Shown here: one piece after another, positions 63,927 through 64,000 of the stretch
Numbering within the stretch: the first letter of the stretch is position 1
Layout: each line of letters begins with the position of its first letter
DNA from: an uncultured Planctomycetaceae bacterium
GTDB lineage: Bacteria; Planctomycetota; Planctomycetia; Planctomycetales; Planctomycetaceae
Direction of reading: 5' to 3'
DNA length: 64,000 bases
Assembly (NCBI GenBank): GCA_963815195.1
Contig: CAWFGE010000020.1
Location: forward strand, 128,001 to 192,000
Made by a program: the position numbers and the translations under genes
Notes under the pieces: model-generated
Seen by the model: the letters and a program-made list of their open reading frames with translations, nothing else
The model's database searches: none
Told to the model about the DNA's origin: nothing

Positions 63927-64000
63927 CGAGAAAGTCCCCAATCGCCAGGAAGACACGTTTTCACTCCAGCCTCAAACGATCGGCGATCCATTCGCCTTTC

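Overview
GC-rich bacterial DNA with a strong Planctomycetota (Planctomycetaceae-like) signature: two DUF1501 genes, two DUF1559 prepilin genes each paired with a carboxypeptidase-regulatory-like lipoprotein, a tandem DUF1080 protein, two Cys-type sulfatases, a HEAT-repeat protein, an LRR lipoprotein and two PA14 multihaem cytochromes. Housekeeping genes are trmL, uppS, cdsA, trpE and mcsA-mcsB, and there are three c-di-GMP genes. About 45 protein genes can be supported. I see no rRNA, tRNA, CRISPR array or transposase. At least 13 genes, including cdsA and trpE, are split by 1-2 bp indels, which most likely reflects an unpolished long-read assembly. The most interesting items are: (i) a ~1,450-aa lipoprotein combining VWA/MIDAS, a secretin-type N domain, a Gly/Met linker, TPR, YfaP-like and a short secretin beta-segment, with its halves joined by a -1 shift at an A9 run (candidate programmed slippage); (ii) mirror-image DUF1559 cassettes, plus an esterase fused to the same partner domain; (iii) an accessory left end with a repeat-flanked desaturase, a truncated toxin-antitoxin pair and tetR-mddA with two visible operators; (iv) about eight families of intergenic palindromic repeats, including a TA-flanked MITE that carries a REP doublet; (v) a small lipoprotein gene hidden by a frameshift. 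Family assignments come from motif recognition only; no searches were run.
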